The notes: generated from the letters alone by a model not told the origin. DNA of 64,000 nt from Clostridia bacterium (GCA_017463765.1 JAFTON010000002.1:206-64205); one strand, 5' to 3'; shown: positions 38,377 through 47,940, numbered from the stretch's first letter. Translations and numbers: made by a program.

Positions 38377-39156
38377 ATGCTTGATCGGGTAAAAATAATT
38401 GAAGAGCTTGAAAAACTTGGTGTTATTCCACCCGAGATAATTTTTTACGAGTCCACCGACTCCACCAACACGAGGGCGAAGGAGTATGCGAGGGAGAAGT
38501 ACAGTGCCGAGAAGAGACCGGTTGTTTTTATCGCAAACGAGCAGACCGGGGGGCGAGGACGCCGTGGGCGCAGCTTTGTTTCGGAAAAGGGGGCAGGAAT
38601 ATATCTTAGCATACTTACCTATCCCGATGAACGCTGTGCAGATGCCACGGCTGCAACAGCAAGAGCGGCAGTTATGCTGTCAGAAGCTATCGAATCGCTG
38701 TGCGACTGCAGTATAAAGATAAAATGGGTTAACGATCTGTACCTCGGTGGCAAAAAGCTTGCCGGAATTTTAACCGAGGGAGAAATGGGAGAGAATGGAA
38801 AAATCGCCTATCAAGTGGTCGGAATGGGAATAAATGTTTACAAAAATGCTATTTCCGAGGAGATTTCTCACATTGCCACATCTCTTGAGAGCGAAACAAA
38901 TAATCCACCCGACAGATCTGTTCTCGTCGCAAAAATAATCGAGAAGTTCTTTACAGAGCAGAGCGACTGCTACCGGAAATACAAGGCGCGCTCCTTTATT
39001 ATCGGTAAGACCGTAACAGTAATCAAGCTTACCGAAAGCTATGAGGCAAAGGTGCTCGACATAACCCCCGACTTTTCGCTTTTAATAGAATGCGACGGCA
39101 AACAGGAACGCCTTTTCACAGGTGAAATCAGCCTAAGGGTGAATGAAAAACAGTAA
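38377..39156 (+). CDS. birA: biotin--protein ligase (no N-terminal HTH domain)
   Basis: GGRGRRGRSF biotin-loop motif. GGAGG lies 6 nt before the ATG at 38377. Confidence 0.85.
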   Translation: MLDRVKIIEELEKLGVIPPEIIFYESTDSTNTRAKEYAREKYSAEKRPVVFIANEQTGGRGRRGRSFVSEKGAGIYLSILTYPDERCADATAATARAAVMLSEAIESLCDCSIKIKWVNDLYLGGKKLAGILTEGEMGENGKIAYQVVGMGINVYKNAISEEISHIATSLESETNNPPDRSVLVAKIIEKFFTEQSDCYRKYKARSFIIGKTVTVIKLTESYEAKVLDITPDFSLLIECDGKQERLFTGEISLRVNEKQ

Positions 39157-39258
39157 ATTCTGAAGGATAAAACGGTTTGAATTCAAGCCGAGAGATAACA
39201 AAAACCGACATAACAGCCTTGCGTAATGTGGCAATTTGCTGATAAGTCGGTTTTGTTT

Positions 39259-40623
39259 TTATTCCTTTTTCGCTTTTGGTTCAATCACAACGCTTACCTT
39301 TTCGATACCGTAGTGCTTGAAAAGTCTTATATCCTCTTTTGTGATTCTCTCGCCACTCATTACAATGGGAACGGCAGGAGGACAGGATACCAGAGGTGCA
39401 GCGCAGATGCGTCCCAGCGAATTTTTCGCCAGAATCACCCTGCTGGGTGCAAAGGTAGCCTCGCGAATTGTCATCGCCTGCTCATGAGCTATAGGCAAAG
39501 CGTATATGGGATCGGGAACACACCTCTCCCCTTCGTAAGCATCAAGCGCCACGAGCAATCGTTGGATATCCTCGTCGGTATTCCGTGGTGAAAGCATAAG
39601 AACGGTGTACTCAAAGTCTGAATATTCGGGCTCTATTCCCCGGCTGCGAAGGTGTTCTGCAAGCTCCTTCCCCACTCTGATGGCTATTTTGAATGGCTCT
39701 ACCTTATTCATTCCGAAAAGATCATCATAATTAAGCTTATAGCCTAACGCCCTGATTTTACTCTTCAGCTCCTCCATCTTTATTTCAAACTCTTTAATTT
39801 CCTCAGCATAACCGTTTGCAAGCATTTCATTACACAAATCAAGCGAAGCAAGCGTCAGATAGGAAGGACTCGTTGAGGCAAAAAGCTTAAAAGCGCCTCT
39901 CGCCCTCTCGATATACTTTGGATATTTTTTTGAGATATGCAGATATGCACCACCCGTCAGCACAGGCAGCGTCTTGTGCGCAGAATCAACACACATGGCA
40001 GCCCCTAGAGCTATAGGATGAAAATCCGTCTTCAAGAACTTCAAATACGCACCGTGAGCATTATCTACAATAATCGGAATCTTAAGCCAGCGACAATACC
40101 TGAAAATAGTTTCTATATTGGTCATGTTACCAAGATAGTCAGGCGAGGTGATATAGACGGCAGTGGGAATTTTTCCGAGATTTTCGACGCCGGTCTGAAC
40201 GTCGCGTGGATATATGGTACCGGAGCAGAGATGTATCTGCTCGTTATACTGCATCCACAAAACGTCGATATCCAGCATTGCTGCTGCGTGAATAAATGAA
40301 ACGTGAGCATTTCTGCTTGCAAGAATAATCGGACGTTCGCCCTCTTTCCTGTCGGCTGTAACAATGGCAAGCATAGCCTTTATCGCAAGGGTCGAGCCCT
40401 CGGTGGAATAGAAGCTGTGCCCGGTGTCGTAAAGCTCGGTGAGATTATTTTCGCTCTCCTCGATAATTCCCTCGGCAGAATAAAGCACGTCTGCACCCTT
40501 AACCTCGGTTATATCATACATCTCGCAGCCAAGCTGCCCCACGCCCTTGTGACCCGGCATATGAAAACGCGTGGTCTTGCTCTCGGCGTATTTTTTTACA
40601 AAATCATAAATTGGTGTTGTCAT
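39259..40623 (-). CDS. PLP-dependent Orn/Lys/Arg decarboxylase-family protein
   Basis: FHMPGHKG near the N-terminus and SAHKTLP (PLP lysine). The ATG at 40623 overlaps the scfB stop (ATGA). Confidence 0.8.
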   Translation of the reverse strand: MTTPIYDFVKKYAESKTTRFHMPGHKGVGQLGCEMYDITEVKGADVLYSAEGIIEESENNLTELYDTGHSFYSTEGSTLAIKAMLAIVTADRKEGERPIILASRNAHVSFIHAAAMLDIDVLWMQYNEQIHLCSGTIYPRDVQTGVENLGKIPTAVYITSPDYLGNMTNIETIFRYCRWLKIPIIVDNAHGAYLKFLKTDFHPIALGAAMCVDSAHKTLPVLTGGAYLHISKKYPKYIERARGAFKLFASTSPSYLTLASLDLCNEMLANGYAEEIKEFEIKMEELKSKIRALGYKLNYDDLFGMNKVEPFKIAIRVGKELAEHLRSRGIEPEYSDFEYTVLMLSPRNTDEDIQRLLVALDAYEGERCVPDPIYALPIAHEQAMTIREATFAPSRVILAKNSLGRICAAPLVSCPPAVPIVMSGERITKEDIRLFKHYGIEKVSVVIEPKAKKE

Positions 40624-41993
40624 TCTTCTGAGTTTGCTATATTTAGCATCACGGCGCACTCAATCCTCTTCTTGAACAGCTCGCAGCCATATTTATACAC
40701 ACCACCGATAGAGCCGGTCGCATGATAGGAGTTGGCAGCACAGCCACCCGAGCAGTAAAGACGTGCCCAACAATCCTTACACTCCTCACGGGCATAGGCA
40801 TTGCAAGAACGGAACTCGTCCTGAACCTCGGTGTTCTTCACACCGTTCCAGATGTCACCCAAGCTATACTTCTCGTCACCCACGAACTGATGGCAGGGGA
40901 AAAGCTCACCCCAAGGAGTTACTGCCATATATTCGGTACCCGAGCCACAACCGGTAATGCGCTTATAGATACAGGGGCCGTGCTTCAGGTCGATCATATA
41001 GTGATAGAAGGTAAAGGGGCGTCCCTCTCTCTTTCTCTTTATCATTTCCTTGGCAAGTATCTCATACTGCTCAAAGAGCTTCGGAAGATCCTCATCCGTC
41101 AATGCGTAAGGATCGCCGGGAGGACAAACAACAGGCTCCATAGAAAGCTCGGTAAAGCCAAGATCTGCCATGTGGAAAATATCGTTGGTAAAGTCAACGT
41201 TGTTATGCGTATAAGTACCACGCACGTAGTATCCCTTACCACCTCGGCTCTCAACAAGTCGCTTGAAATTAGGAACTATGGTATCATAGCTTCCCTTACC
41301 GGCATAGTCAACACGGAAATGGTCGTTGACTTCCTTTCTTCCGTCAAGCGAGAGAACCACGTTGTGACACTCTTTATTAAGGAACTCAATCATCTCGTCG
41401 GTAAGAATCATACCGTTGGTGGTATAGGTAAACCTGAAGTTCTTTCCACGCTCTCCCTCAACCGAACGTGCGTACTCAACAAGACGCTTCACCACGTCAA
41501 AATTAAGCGAAGGCTCGCCACCGAAGAAGTCTACCTCCAGATTGCGTCTTGTACCCGAGTTTTCCATAAGGAAATCGAGAGCACGCTTACCAACCTCGAA
41601 GGACATAAGAGCCCTCTCGCCCTGATACTTACCCTGGCTTGCAAAGCAGTATGAGCAGTTAAGGTTACAGGTGTGAGCAACGTGAAGGCAAAGTGCCTTT
41701 ACCACCTTGCTGTTATTTTTGAAATTGGTAGCAAGACCCTCATAGGCATCAACCGAGAAGAGCTTACCTGCCTCCTCAAGCGATCTGACGTCCTCGATGC
41801 ATTCGAGAATCTCACCCTCGTTTACGTCATCAAGATGACCGTATCTTTTCATTATCTCGCCAACAATTTCCTCAGGCGAGTGTGTCTTATACATAGCGAT
41901 AATATCATATGCCACCTCATCAACCGTATGTACCGATCCCGATGCTGTGTCAAGAACTATGTTATATCCGTTTAATTTATACTGATGTACCAT
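40620..41993 (-). CDS. scfB: radical SAM/SPASM SCIFF peptide maturase
   Basis: Start MVHQYKLNGYNIVLD. CNLNCSYC radical SAM cluster. C-terminal Cys-rich SPASM region (CGSG...CxxCWARLYCSGGC). Immediately downstream of a SCIFF precursor. Confidence 0.9.
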   Translation of the reverse strand: MVHQYKLNGYNIVLDTASGSVHTVDEVAYDIIAMYKTHSPEEIVGEIMKRYGHLDDVNEGEILECIEDVRSLEEAGKLFSVDAYEGLATNFKNNSKVVKALCLHVAHTCNLNCSYCFASQGKYQGERALMSFEVGKRALDFLMENSGTRRNLEVDFFGGEPSLNFDVVKRLVEYARSVEGERGKNFRFTYTTNGMILTDEMIEFLNKECHNVVLSLDGRKEVNDHFRVDYAGKGSYDTIVPNFKRLVESRGGKGYYVRGTYTHNNVDFTNDIFHMADLGFTELSMEPVVCPPGDPYALTDEDLPKLFEQYEILAKEMIKRKREGRPFTFYHYMIDLKHGPCIYKRITGCGSGTEYMAVTPWGELFPCHQFVGDEKYSLGDIWNGVKNTEVQDEFRSCNAYAREECKDCWARLYCSGGCAANSYHATGSIGGVYKYGCELFKKRIECAVMLNIANSEE

Positions 41994-42036
41994 TTCTTCT
42001 CCGTTCTTATAAAGCCCCATACACAGGGGGCAAAAC

Positions 42037-42066
42037 TAAAGGCGTCGCACAGTAAGCGACGCCCTT
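42037..42066 (-). terminator. attenuator/partial terminator hairpin between scfA and scfB
   Basis: Minus strand GGCGTCGC-TTACTGT-GCGACGCC followed by TTTAGTTTT. Confidence 0.55.
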
Positions 42067-42099
42067 GTCTTCGGTGCGGACAAACCGCGAGTGAATAAA

Positions 42100-42249
42100 T
42101 TACTTCTGGTTCTTATTCTCGCACTGCTGGTTTGCAACGCCACAAGAGGTCTTGCAAGCAGACTGGCAGGAAGTCTGGCACTCGCCACAGCCACCGTTCT
42201 CTACGGTCTTTGCAATATCCTTAGTTTCAATAGTGTTGATTCTCTTCAT
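42100..42249 (-). CDS. scfA: SCIFF (six cysteines in forty-five residues) ribosomal peptide precursor
   Basis: Not in the ORF track. Hand translation gives MKRINTIETKDIAKTVENGGCGECQTSCQSACKTSCGVANQQCENKNQK (49 aa, 6 Cys). GGAGGA lies 9 nt upstream of the ATG. Confidence 0.9.
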   Translation of the reverse strand: MKRINTIETKDIAKTVENGGCGECQTSCQSACKTSCGVANQQCENKNQK

Positions 42250-42334
42250 TTTATAAATCCTCCGATTTGAGTTTATAGATTAACATTGTTATTATAGCAT
42301 AAGATAAAAATAATGTCAATACTATAATTAATTT

Positions 42335-44467
42335 TTATTTTACCTCAAGGTAAATATAGCTCTGTGCCAGGCCGTCGGAGGTTTTAAGATAACACATCAT
42401 TCTGTACTCACCACGTCCGAGCTCTGCTCCATCGGGAATCTGCTCGCCATTCCTGTATTCAAGAACTGCACCTGCAAAGGGAGCACCGTACTGAAGAATT
42501 TCCCTGATAGCTATTCTCTCAAGCTCCTTCGCAGTATAGCTGTCCTTGGTGGCACTTACGGTCAAGTTATGGAAATTCTTGATAACATATTTTACGTGAA
42601 GATTGCCGTCTACACTAAGCACGTTAATATCCATAGCGGTCGACTCAAGCTTCTCATTATAGGTGGAGAAGGAGCCAATCTTTACCATCTCGGTAACCCT
42701 GATGCCACTATCGGCACCTGCACCGTAAACCACCAGGGCGTAATCTCCCTCGTGCAGATTCTTTGGTACGGTAAAGCTGCCTGATACAGAGAGAGTGATT
42801 GCATCGCCGTTATACTTGGTTTTTACAGCGTTGCCACCAACAAGGGGAACCACGTTTACACTGCTGGGATTACCGTTCTCATCGCATAGCGCCAGAGCAA
42901 TCTTAAGGGTATATTCCTTTCCGGACTCGAGGAGAGTATTTCCTAAAACCTGTGTGCTGATATTTCCAATAGTAATCACACCGTCGGAATATTCGTTTGC
43001 AGCTACATCAAGTATACCGAGATTCTCAAAATGAACACCGTCATCAAGTCGCTGTCTGATAAATGCAGTTTCAAAGTCCTTTGCCTCGTCAAAATCTGCT
43101 TTCGCCTTATCGATCTGCTCAAGGAGAGCGTTGTTTGCTGCCATAAAGTTCTCTACCGAGGACAGCTTATAGCCGTTCCACTCGAAAATACTGCCAAATT
43201 CCTTGCCAACAAGAGATGCGTGCTCAATACCACCTGCCATAGTTTCCACATCACCGCGAAGGGTAAGTCCCATATCGCCAAGATGGTTAACAAGTCTTGT
43301 GAGCGCCGAGCGAAGCGAAACATCCTCGGTATCCATATCGGTTCGGAAGTTCAGTTCGCCACCGTAGGTCTCTGTTAAATAATCGTACTGTACGAAACCG
43401 TTAGAGAAACGGATATCATCTTCACTGCTATAGTCACTCCCGTAGCTGCCCTTAACGGTATTTATCACGTTAATCATACCGGAGTCTGTAATACCTTCCT
43501 CGCCAATATGCGCCTCATCACCACCTACCGAAACAAGTCCACTTGAAATAGCTGAAAGAGGAACGTCGAAGGAGTACCGATCGCCACTCATCATAGCAGT
43601 AATAAGCTCACATCCGTTTTCCATATCAACAACGGTAAACATCATTGAATTAGGCTGATTCGGTGTTAAGGCCTCAGTTCTCTCATTCGACAGGGTGACG
43701 AATGCTGCGCAACCAAGTCCGTCCTTAATAATCATGGTGGTAAAGCTGGCATCAATAATACCGTTTTCTCTCGTAACGTAGCCAAATCTTGTGATCATCC
43801 AGTATCCACGGGTGTTCTCCATAATAAAGTAATCGCACATACCTTCTGAATTAATATTGTAGGTCTCATAACGCTCGCCGGGGATACAAAGGAACTTACC
43901 CTTGCCACTTGTGCCGTCATCGTAATCTATAAAGGAGTACATCTCATAGACATTATTAGCATTCTCATCGGTATATCTGTAGATAACGTCGTCCTGAGCG
44001 CCACCACCGGTTACAAGAAGCATATCGCGACTCTCAAATACGCGAAGCATATGCTTTTCAAAACCGACCTGAACCCATTTGTCCACGATTCCGACTCTGT
44101 TTTTCATATTGTCAATATCCTTAGAAGCATGTGCTGCATAATTCTGAGTATTCAGAACAAAGGACTCAAACTGACTTGCAACGCTGTTATCTATTGCGAA
44201 ATCGCTCCATGTATACTTAGTGCTCCTATTGCCTCTGTCGGCATAATAGGTTGGAAGGCTGACCTCCCTCTCAAAAGAGGACGTATTCAAAAAACCACCC
44301 AACCCCAGATCAATATCATGGCTGAGAATCTCTGCATCAAGTCGCTCGTTTGCCAGCAGCAGCTTTGCAGCCTCGGTGCCACCCTTAACCTTTTTGCATC
44401 CACTCAGCATAGATGTCATACCAAGCATCAATGCAACCACTAAAACCATAGATACTATTTTTTTCAT
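42335..44467 (-). CDS. large hypothetical lipoprotein
   Basis: Lipobox MLSGCK. 710 aa. No motif recognised. Begins 12 nt after the TetR stop. Confidence 0.6.
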   Translation of the reverse strand: MKKIVSMVLVVALMLGMTSMLSGCKKVKGGTEAAKLLLANERLDAEILSHDIDLGLGGFLNTSSFEREVSLPTYYADRGNRSTKYTWSDFAIDNSVASQFESFVLNTQNYAAHASKDIDNMKNRVGIVDKWVQVGFEKHMLRVFESRDMLLVTGGGAQDDVIYRYTDENANNVYEMYSFIDYDDGTSGKGKFLCIPGERYETYNINSEGMCDYFIMENTRGYWMITRFGYVTRENGIIDASFTTMIIKDGLGCAAFVTLSNERTEALTPNQPNSMMFTVVDMENGCELITAMMSGDRYSFDVPLSAISSGLVSVGGDEAHIGEEGITDSGMINVINTVKGSYGSDYSSEDDIRFSNGFVQYDYLTETYGGELNFRTDMDTEDVSLRSALTRLVNHLGDMGLTLRGDVETMAGGIEHASLVGKEFGSIFEWNGYKLSSVENFMAANNALLEQIDKAKADFDEAKDFETAFIRQRLDDGVHFENLGILDVAANEYSDGVITIGNISTQVLGNTLLESGKEYTLKIALALCDENGNPSSVNVVPLVGGNAVKTKYNGDAITLSVSGSFTVPKNLHEGDYALVVYGAGADSGIRVTEMVKIGSFSTYNEKLESTAMDINVLSVDGNLHVKYVIKNFHNLTVSATKDSYTAKELERIAIREILQYGAPFAGAVLEYRNGEQIPDGAELGRGEYRMMCYLKTSDGLAQSYIYLEVK

Positions 44468-44479
44468 AATTTTATCTCC

Positions 44480-45199
44480 TTATATAGGCTTATTTTTATT
44501 CTTTTTTCCGTTAATGATCTCCTCGTACATAGACTCGGTAGTATCGTTTACAAAATTAATAAATTCGGAGAGGATTTGCTGACCCATACTGCGATAGTCC
44601 ATCGAAAGCGCCTTGTTGATCTTATCCTTCCTTATCTCCTCCGGAACGTTGTATATCATCATAAGCGCATTCAGCGCCCCGGATATTCTCACGTCAAGAG
44701 GAGATGAGCTTTCGGTAGTCATCAGTGTGGAATACTCGATTCCGGAAATCAGCGTTTCTGCTTCAAGGAACTGCGTTTCATTCCAACCTATGCAATACTC
44801 ACCGAAAATCTCATGTGCTCTCTCAGCATCGTTCTTACGGATTTTCTCAAGAGTCAGTGGGTGAGTATATGAGGATATATAAAGGTCGCGAGCAATTTCG
44901 CTCGCCTCACAGGCAGCAGCCATCGTAGTAAGCTCGAAGCATATCGCCATAAGCTGACTTGCGCCCTCGTCGGTCACACGCCCGATAAGCTTCCATTGGA
45001 AGTCGCAGAGCATATCCACCACCTCGCAAAGCAGATGATCCTTGGTAGGAAAATAGAACATCAGATGACCGGGACTTATCTCAAGCTCGGCAGCAATCGC
45101 TCTTATCGTCGTCTTTGAATATCCGTCCTCCAGAAACATCCTCGATGCCACCTTGATGATCTCATATTTAGTAATATTGCCCTTACGATGAATTGCCAC
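44480..45199 (-). CDS. TetR/AcrR-family transcriptional regulator
   Basis: N-terminal HTH IIKVASRMFLEDGYSKTTIRAIAAELEISPGHLMFYF. Confidence 0.85.
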   Translation of the reverse strand: MAIHRKGNITKYEIIKVASRMFLEDGYSKTTIRAIAAELEISPGHLMFYFPTKDHLLCEVVDMLCDFQWKLIGRVTDEGASQLMAICFELTTMAAACEASEIARDLYISSYTHPLTLEKIRKNDAERAHEIFGEYCIGWNETQFLEAETLISGIEYSTLMTTESSSPLDVRISGALNALMMIYNVPEEIRKDKINKALSMDYRSMGQQILSEFINFVNDTTESMYEEIINGKKNKNKPI

Positions 45200-45225
45200 T
45201 TTAACTGTCCTTCTTTCTGCGTTTT

Positions 45226-45279
45226 TAGAATGTGTTCTAATTCTAAATTAATTATAGAACATATTCTATTATTTGTCAA
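45226..45279 (-). promoter_or_regulatory. TetR gene promoter with overlapping inverted-repeat operator candidate
   Basis: Arms TAGAATGTGTTCTA (45226-45239) and TAGAACATATTCTA (45255-45268) are 13/14 complementary. On the minus strand, TTGACA-17-TATAAT (45251-45279) overlaps the right arm. Confidence 0.55.
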
Positions 45280-45390
45280 TAGCTTTTTAAATAAAAAATA
45301 ACAATTAATCATTTTTGTCAAATCTACTAAAAAAACACCGTAAAAGCAGGCAAAAACCCCACTCTTACGGTGAAATATTACTATATTTAT

Positions 45391-46770
45391 TTAATTTTCT
45401 ATCTCTCGAAGCGCTTTTTTGAACTGAATAGCGAACAGCACTGCCGTGAAGGTTACGGCTAAGGTATCTGCAATAGGCTCGGCGAGGTAAACTCCCGTCG
45501 TCCTCATCTCTCCTTCAAAGAACAATGGAACGATATAGATTAACGGAAGGAGCAGCACAAATTTTCGCATTATGGCAACAGCCATAGATGACAGTGCCTT
45601 ACCAAGCGAAACAAAGGTCATCTGGCATGCCACCTGTATGCCGAAGATACCGATAACTGCACAGTAAATACGCAGTGCGCTTTCGGTATAATCAAGGTAT
45701 GCCACGTTTGATGTAAAGATTGCAGCGAAGGCGCGTGGGAAAATCATTATCAGAGCCCAAAGCGTCAATGAATAAACAAGGCTGGAGGTCAAAAGAATTC
45801 TAAATATTCCCTTTACACGCTCTTTATTTTTTGCCCCGTAGTTATAGCTGATTATAGGCTGGGCACCCGAAGCAAGTCCCTGCAACGGAAGCATGGCAAA
45901 CTGCATTACACTTGTCAGAACGGTCATAGCACCCACGGCAATATCACCACCGTAATTATAAAGCGATGAATTAAAGCAGATGGAAATGACGCTTTCGCTT
46001 GCCTGCATAATAAAGGGAGCAAGGCCCAATGCGATACAAGGCAATACCAGCTTTAAATCAAGACGAATGCTGCTTTTCTTAAGGCGAAGAATGCTATTTT
46101 TGCTATGAAGGAAGAATATTACCCACGCACACGAGATCGCCTGTGAGATGATCGTAGCGAGAGCTGCTCCACTAACGCCCATATCAAAGAGGAAGATAAA
46201 TATCGGGTCGAGAATAATATTTGCAATTGCACCGATAACTACGGTAAGCATACTCATTTTTGCATAGCCCTGCGCCGTAATATATGCATTCATACCTAAT
46301 GTAAGCTGAACGAATATCGTACCTATGGAATATATACTCATATATTCGGTTGCGTAGCCTATAGTGTTTTCACTTGCACCGAAGGCGAGAAGCATTGGCC
46401 TATGAAAAACAAGCATAACTGCCGTCAGGACAGCCGAGATAATACATTGAAGTGTAAAGCAAGCACCCATAGTACGCTCTGCAGACTCATAGTCACCCTG
46501 CCCCATAAAAATCGAAGCTCTCGGCGCGCCACCCGAGCTGATAAGCGCAGCAAAGGCAGAGATGATCATTATCAGTGGCATGCATACGCCAACACCCGTC
46601 AGTGCAAGCTCACCTATCTCATCCATGTGACCGATATATACACGGTCAACCACGTTGTAAAGCAGGTTGATTATCTGTGCAGTAATGGTAGGCAAGGCGA
46701 GACGGAATAAAAGTCTGCCAAGTGGATCTTTTCCTAAAAATTCGTTATTATTTACGTTTACGCCGTTCAT
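45391..46770 (-). CDS. MATE-family efflux transporter
   Basis: 459 aa, 12 TM. Typical N-terminus LALPTITAQIINLLYNVVDRVYIG. Confidence 0.85.
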   Translation of the reverse strand: MNGVNVNNNEFLGKDPLGRLLFRLALPTITAQIINLLYNVVDRVYIGHMDEIGELALTGVGVCMPLIMIISAFAALISSGGAPRASIFMGQGDYESAERTMGACFTLQCIISAVLTAVMLVFHRPMLLAFGASENTIGYATEYMSIYSIGTIFVQLTLGMNAYITAQGYAKMSMLTVVIGAIANIILDPIFIFLFDMGVSGAALATIISQAISCAWVIFFLHSKNSILRLKKSSIRLDLKLVLPCIALGLAPFIMQASESVISICFNSSLYNYGGDIAVGAMTVLTSVMQFAMLPLQGLASGAQPIISYNYGAKNKERVKGIFRILLTSSLVYSLTLWALIMIFPRAFAAIFTSNVAYLDYTESALRIYCAVIGIFGIQVACQMTFVSLGKALSSMAVAIMRKFVLLLPLIYIVPLFFEGEMRTTGVYLAEPIADTLAVTFTAVLFAIQFKKALREIEN

Positions 46771-46774
46771 ATGA

Positions 46775-47623
46775 TTAACTTTTTATTGTTTCCTTTATTA
46801 TGATTTCGCAGTTTTTTTCTTCGGTATCATAGATGATCTCACCGATGGATGTAGCAACTATTCTGCCACTCAAGGGATTTTTTACGCTGTCTATATGTCC
46901 TGTCACATCGGCATCTACGCTTGACAGCTCAAATGACAGGTCACAGTCATACATTTTGCAGTTGATAAGCTTAAGATTCTCACAGTAACAGAATGGCTGA
47001 GTGCCGGTGATCGTACAATTTTCAAGCGTAAGGTTCTTGGAATACCAACCGATATATTCTCCCTTTATCGTGCAATTGCGAAGCGTCACACCGTTCGCAT
47101 GCCAGAAGGCATCCTTGCTGAAAAAGTGAGAGTTCTCAAACACCGAATTCTCTATGTACTGAAAAGCATATTTGCCTTCAAAATCCACCAGATCAAAACG
47201 GATGTTTTTCGAGCGAAGCATACAGTAAAAGCTGTTGATAGAACAACCTACGGCACAGATATCAGAGCAGAACCAACCGAACTCATCGGAAAATACACTG
47301 CAATCGGTCATACGAATATCTTCGGACTCTCGCAGCGCCTTAGGACCGTGAATTTTCGTATTATTCATATTGATCGCTCTTGAATACCAAAGAGCAGCAC
47401 GGCAGCCAGAGGTCATCTCGCTGCTTCTGATATCCAGATCGTAGCAATGCCAGAAGGGATAGCGCAGGTTGAAATAACAGCTCTCTGCCCTGATGCTCTC
47501 TGCCTCCTTGAATGCGCTCTCGCCGTCAGCCGGGCCGTCAATCCTACAGTCACGCAGCCATATATCAAGCTCACCGTAAAATGCACGCTCGGCATCAAAG
47601 GATAAATTCTCTATACATTTCAT
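46775..47623 (-). CDS. DUF3737-like right-handed beta-helix protein
   Basis: 282 aa. Repeated ..C.I.G / N..F.. beta-helix turns. N-terminal FDAERAFYG pattern, as I recall for DUF3737. Confidence 0.6.
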   Translation of the reverse strand: MKCIENLSFDAERAFYGELDIWLRDCRIDGPADGESAFKEAESIRAESCYFNLRYPFWHCYDLDIRSSEMTSGCRAALWYSRAINMNNTKIHGPKALRESEDIRMTDCSVFSDEFGWFCSDICAVGCSINSFYCMLRSKNIRFDLVDFEGKYAFQYIENSVFENSHFFSKDAFWHANGVTLRNCTIKGEYIGWYSKNLTLENCTITGTQPFCYCENLKLINCKMYDCDLSFELSSVDADVTGHIDSVKNPLSGRIVATSIGEIIYDTEEKNCEIIIKETIKS

Positions 47624-47701
47624 AATTCACCTACAAAATAAATATTTATTATATAGTAACACACTTAAAATAAAATTTCAATATTTTTTTGCGAATTCCC
47701 C

Positions 47702-47730
47702 TTGACAAACGATAAAATGTCTGTTATAAT
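47702..47730 (+). promoter_or_regulatory. consensus sigma-A promoter of the tRNA operon
   Basis: TTGACA (47702-47707), 17-nt spacer, TATAAT (47725-47730). Sits 15 nt upstream of tRNA-Val. Confidence 0.75.
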
Positions 47731-47745
47731 TGTATAGCATTTGAC

Positions 47746-47821
47746 GGAAGGTTAGCTCAGTTGGGAGAGCATCTGCCTTACAAGCAGAGGGTCACAGGTT
47801 CGAGCCCTGTACTTTCCACCA
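47746..47821 (+). tRNA. tRNA-Val (anticodon TAC)
   Basis: Hand-folded cloverleaf: acceptor GGAAGGT/ACTTTCC, anticodon loop CTTACAA, T-loop TTCGAGC, encoded CCA. Confidence 0.9.
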
Positions 47822-47849
47822 AAGCTTAGAGCCTTAGGCTCTAAGCTTT
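47821..47849 (+). other. perfect 13-bp stem / 3-nt loop hairpin between tRNA-Val and tRNA-Asp
   Basis: AAAGCTTAGAGCC-TTA-GGCTCTAAGCTTT. It begins at the last A of the tRNA-Val CCA. Confidence 0.8.
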
Positions 47850-47863
47850 CAATTTTACTACTC

Positions 47864-47940
47864 GGCTTGGTAGCTCAGTTGGTTAGAGCGCTAGCCTGTC
47901 ACGCTAGAGGTCGTGGGTTCGAGCCCCATCCGAGTCGCCA
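47864..47940 (+). tRNA. tRNA-Asp (anticodon GTC)
   Basis: Acceptor GGCTTGG/CCGAGTC, anticodon loop CTGTCAC, T-arm GTGGG-TTCGAGC-CCCAT, encoded CCA. Confidence 0.9.
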
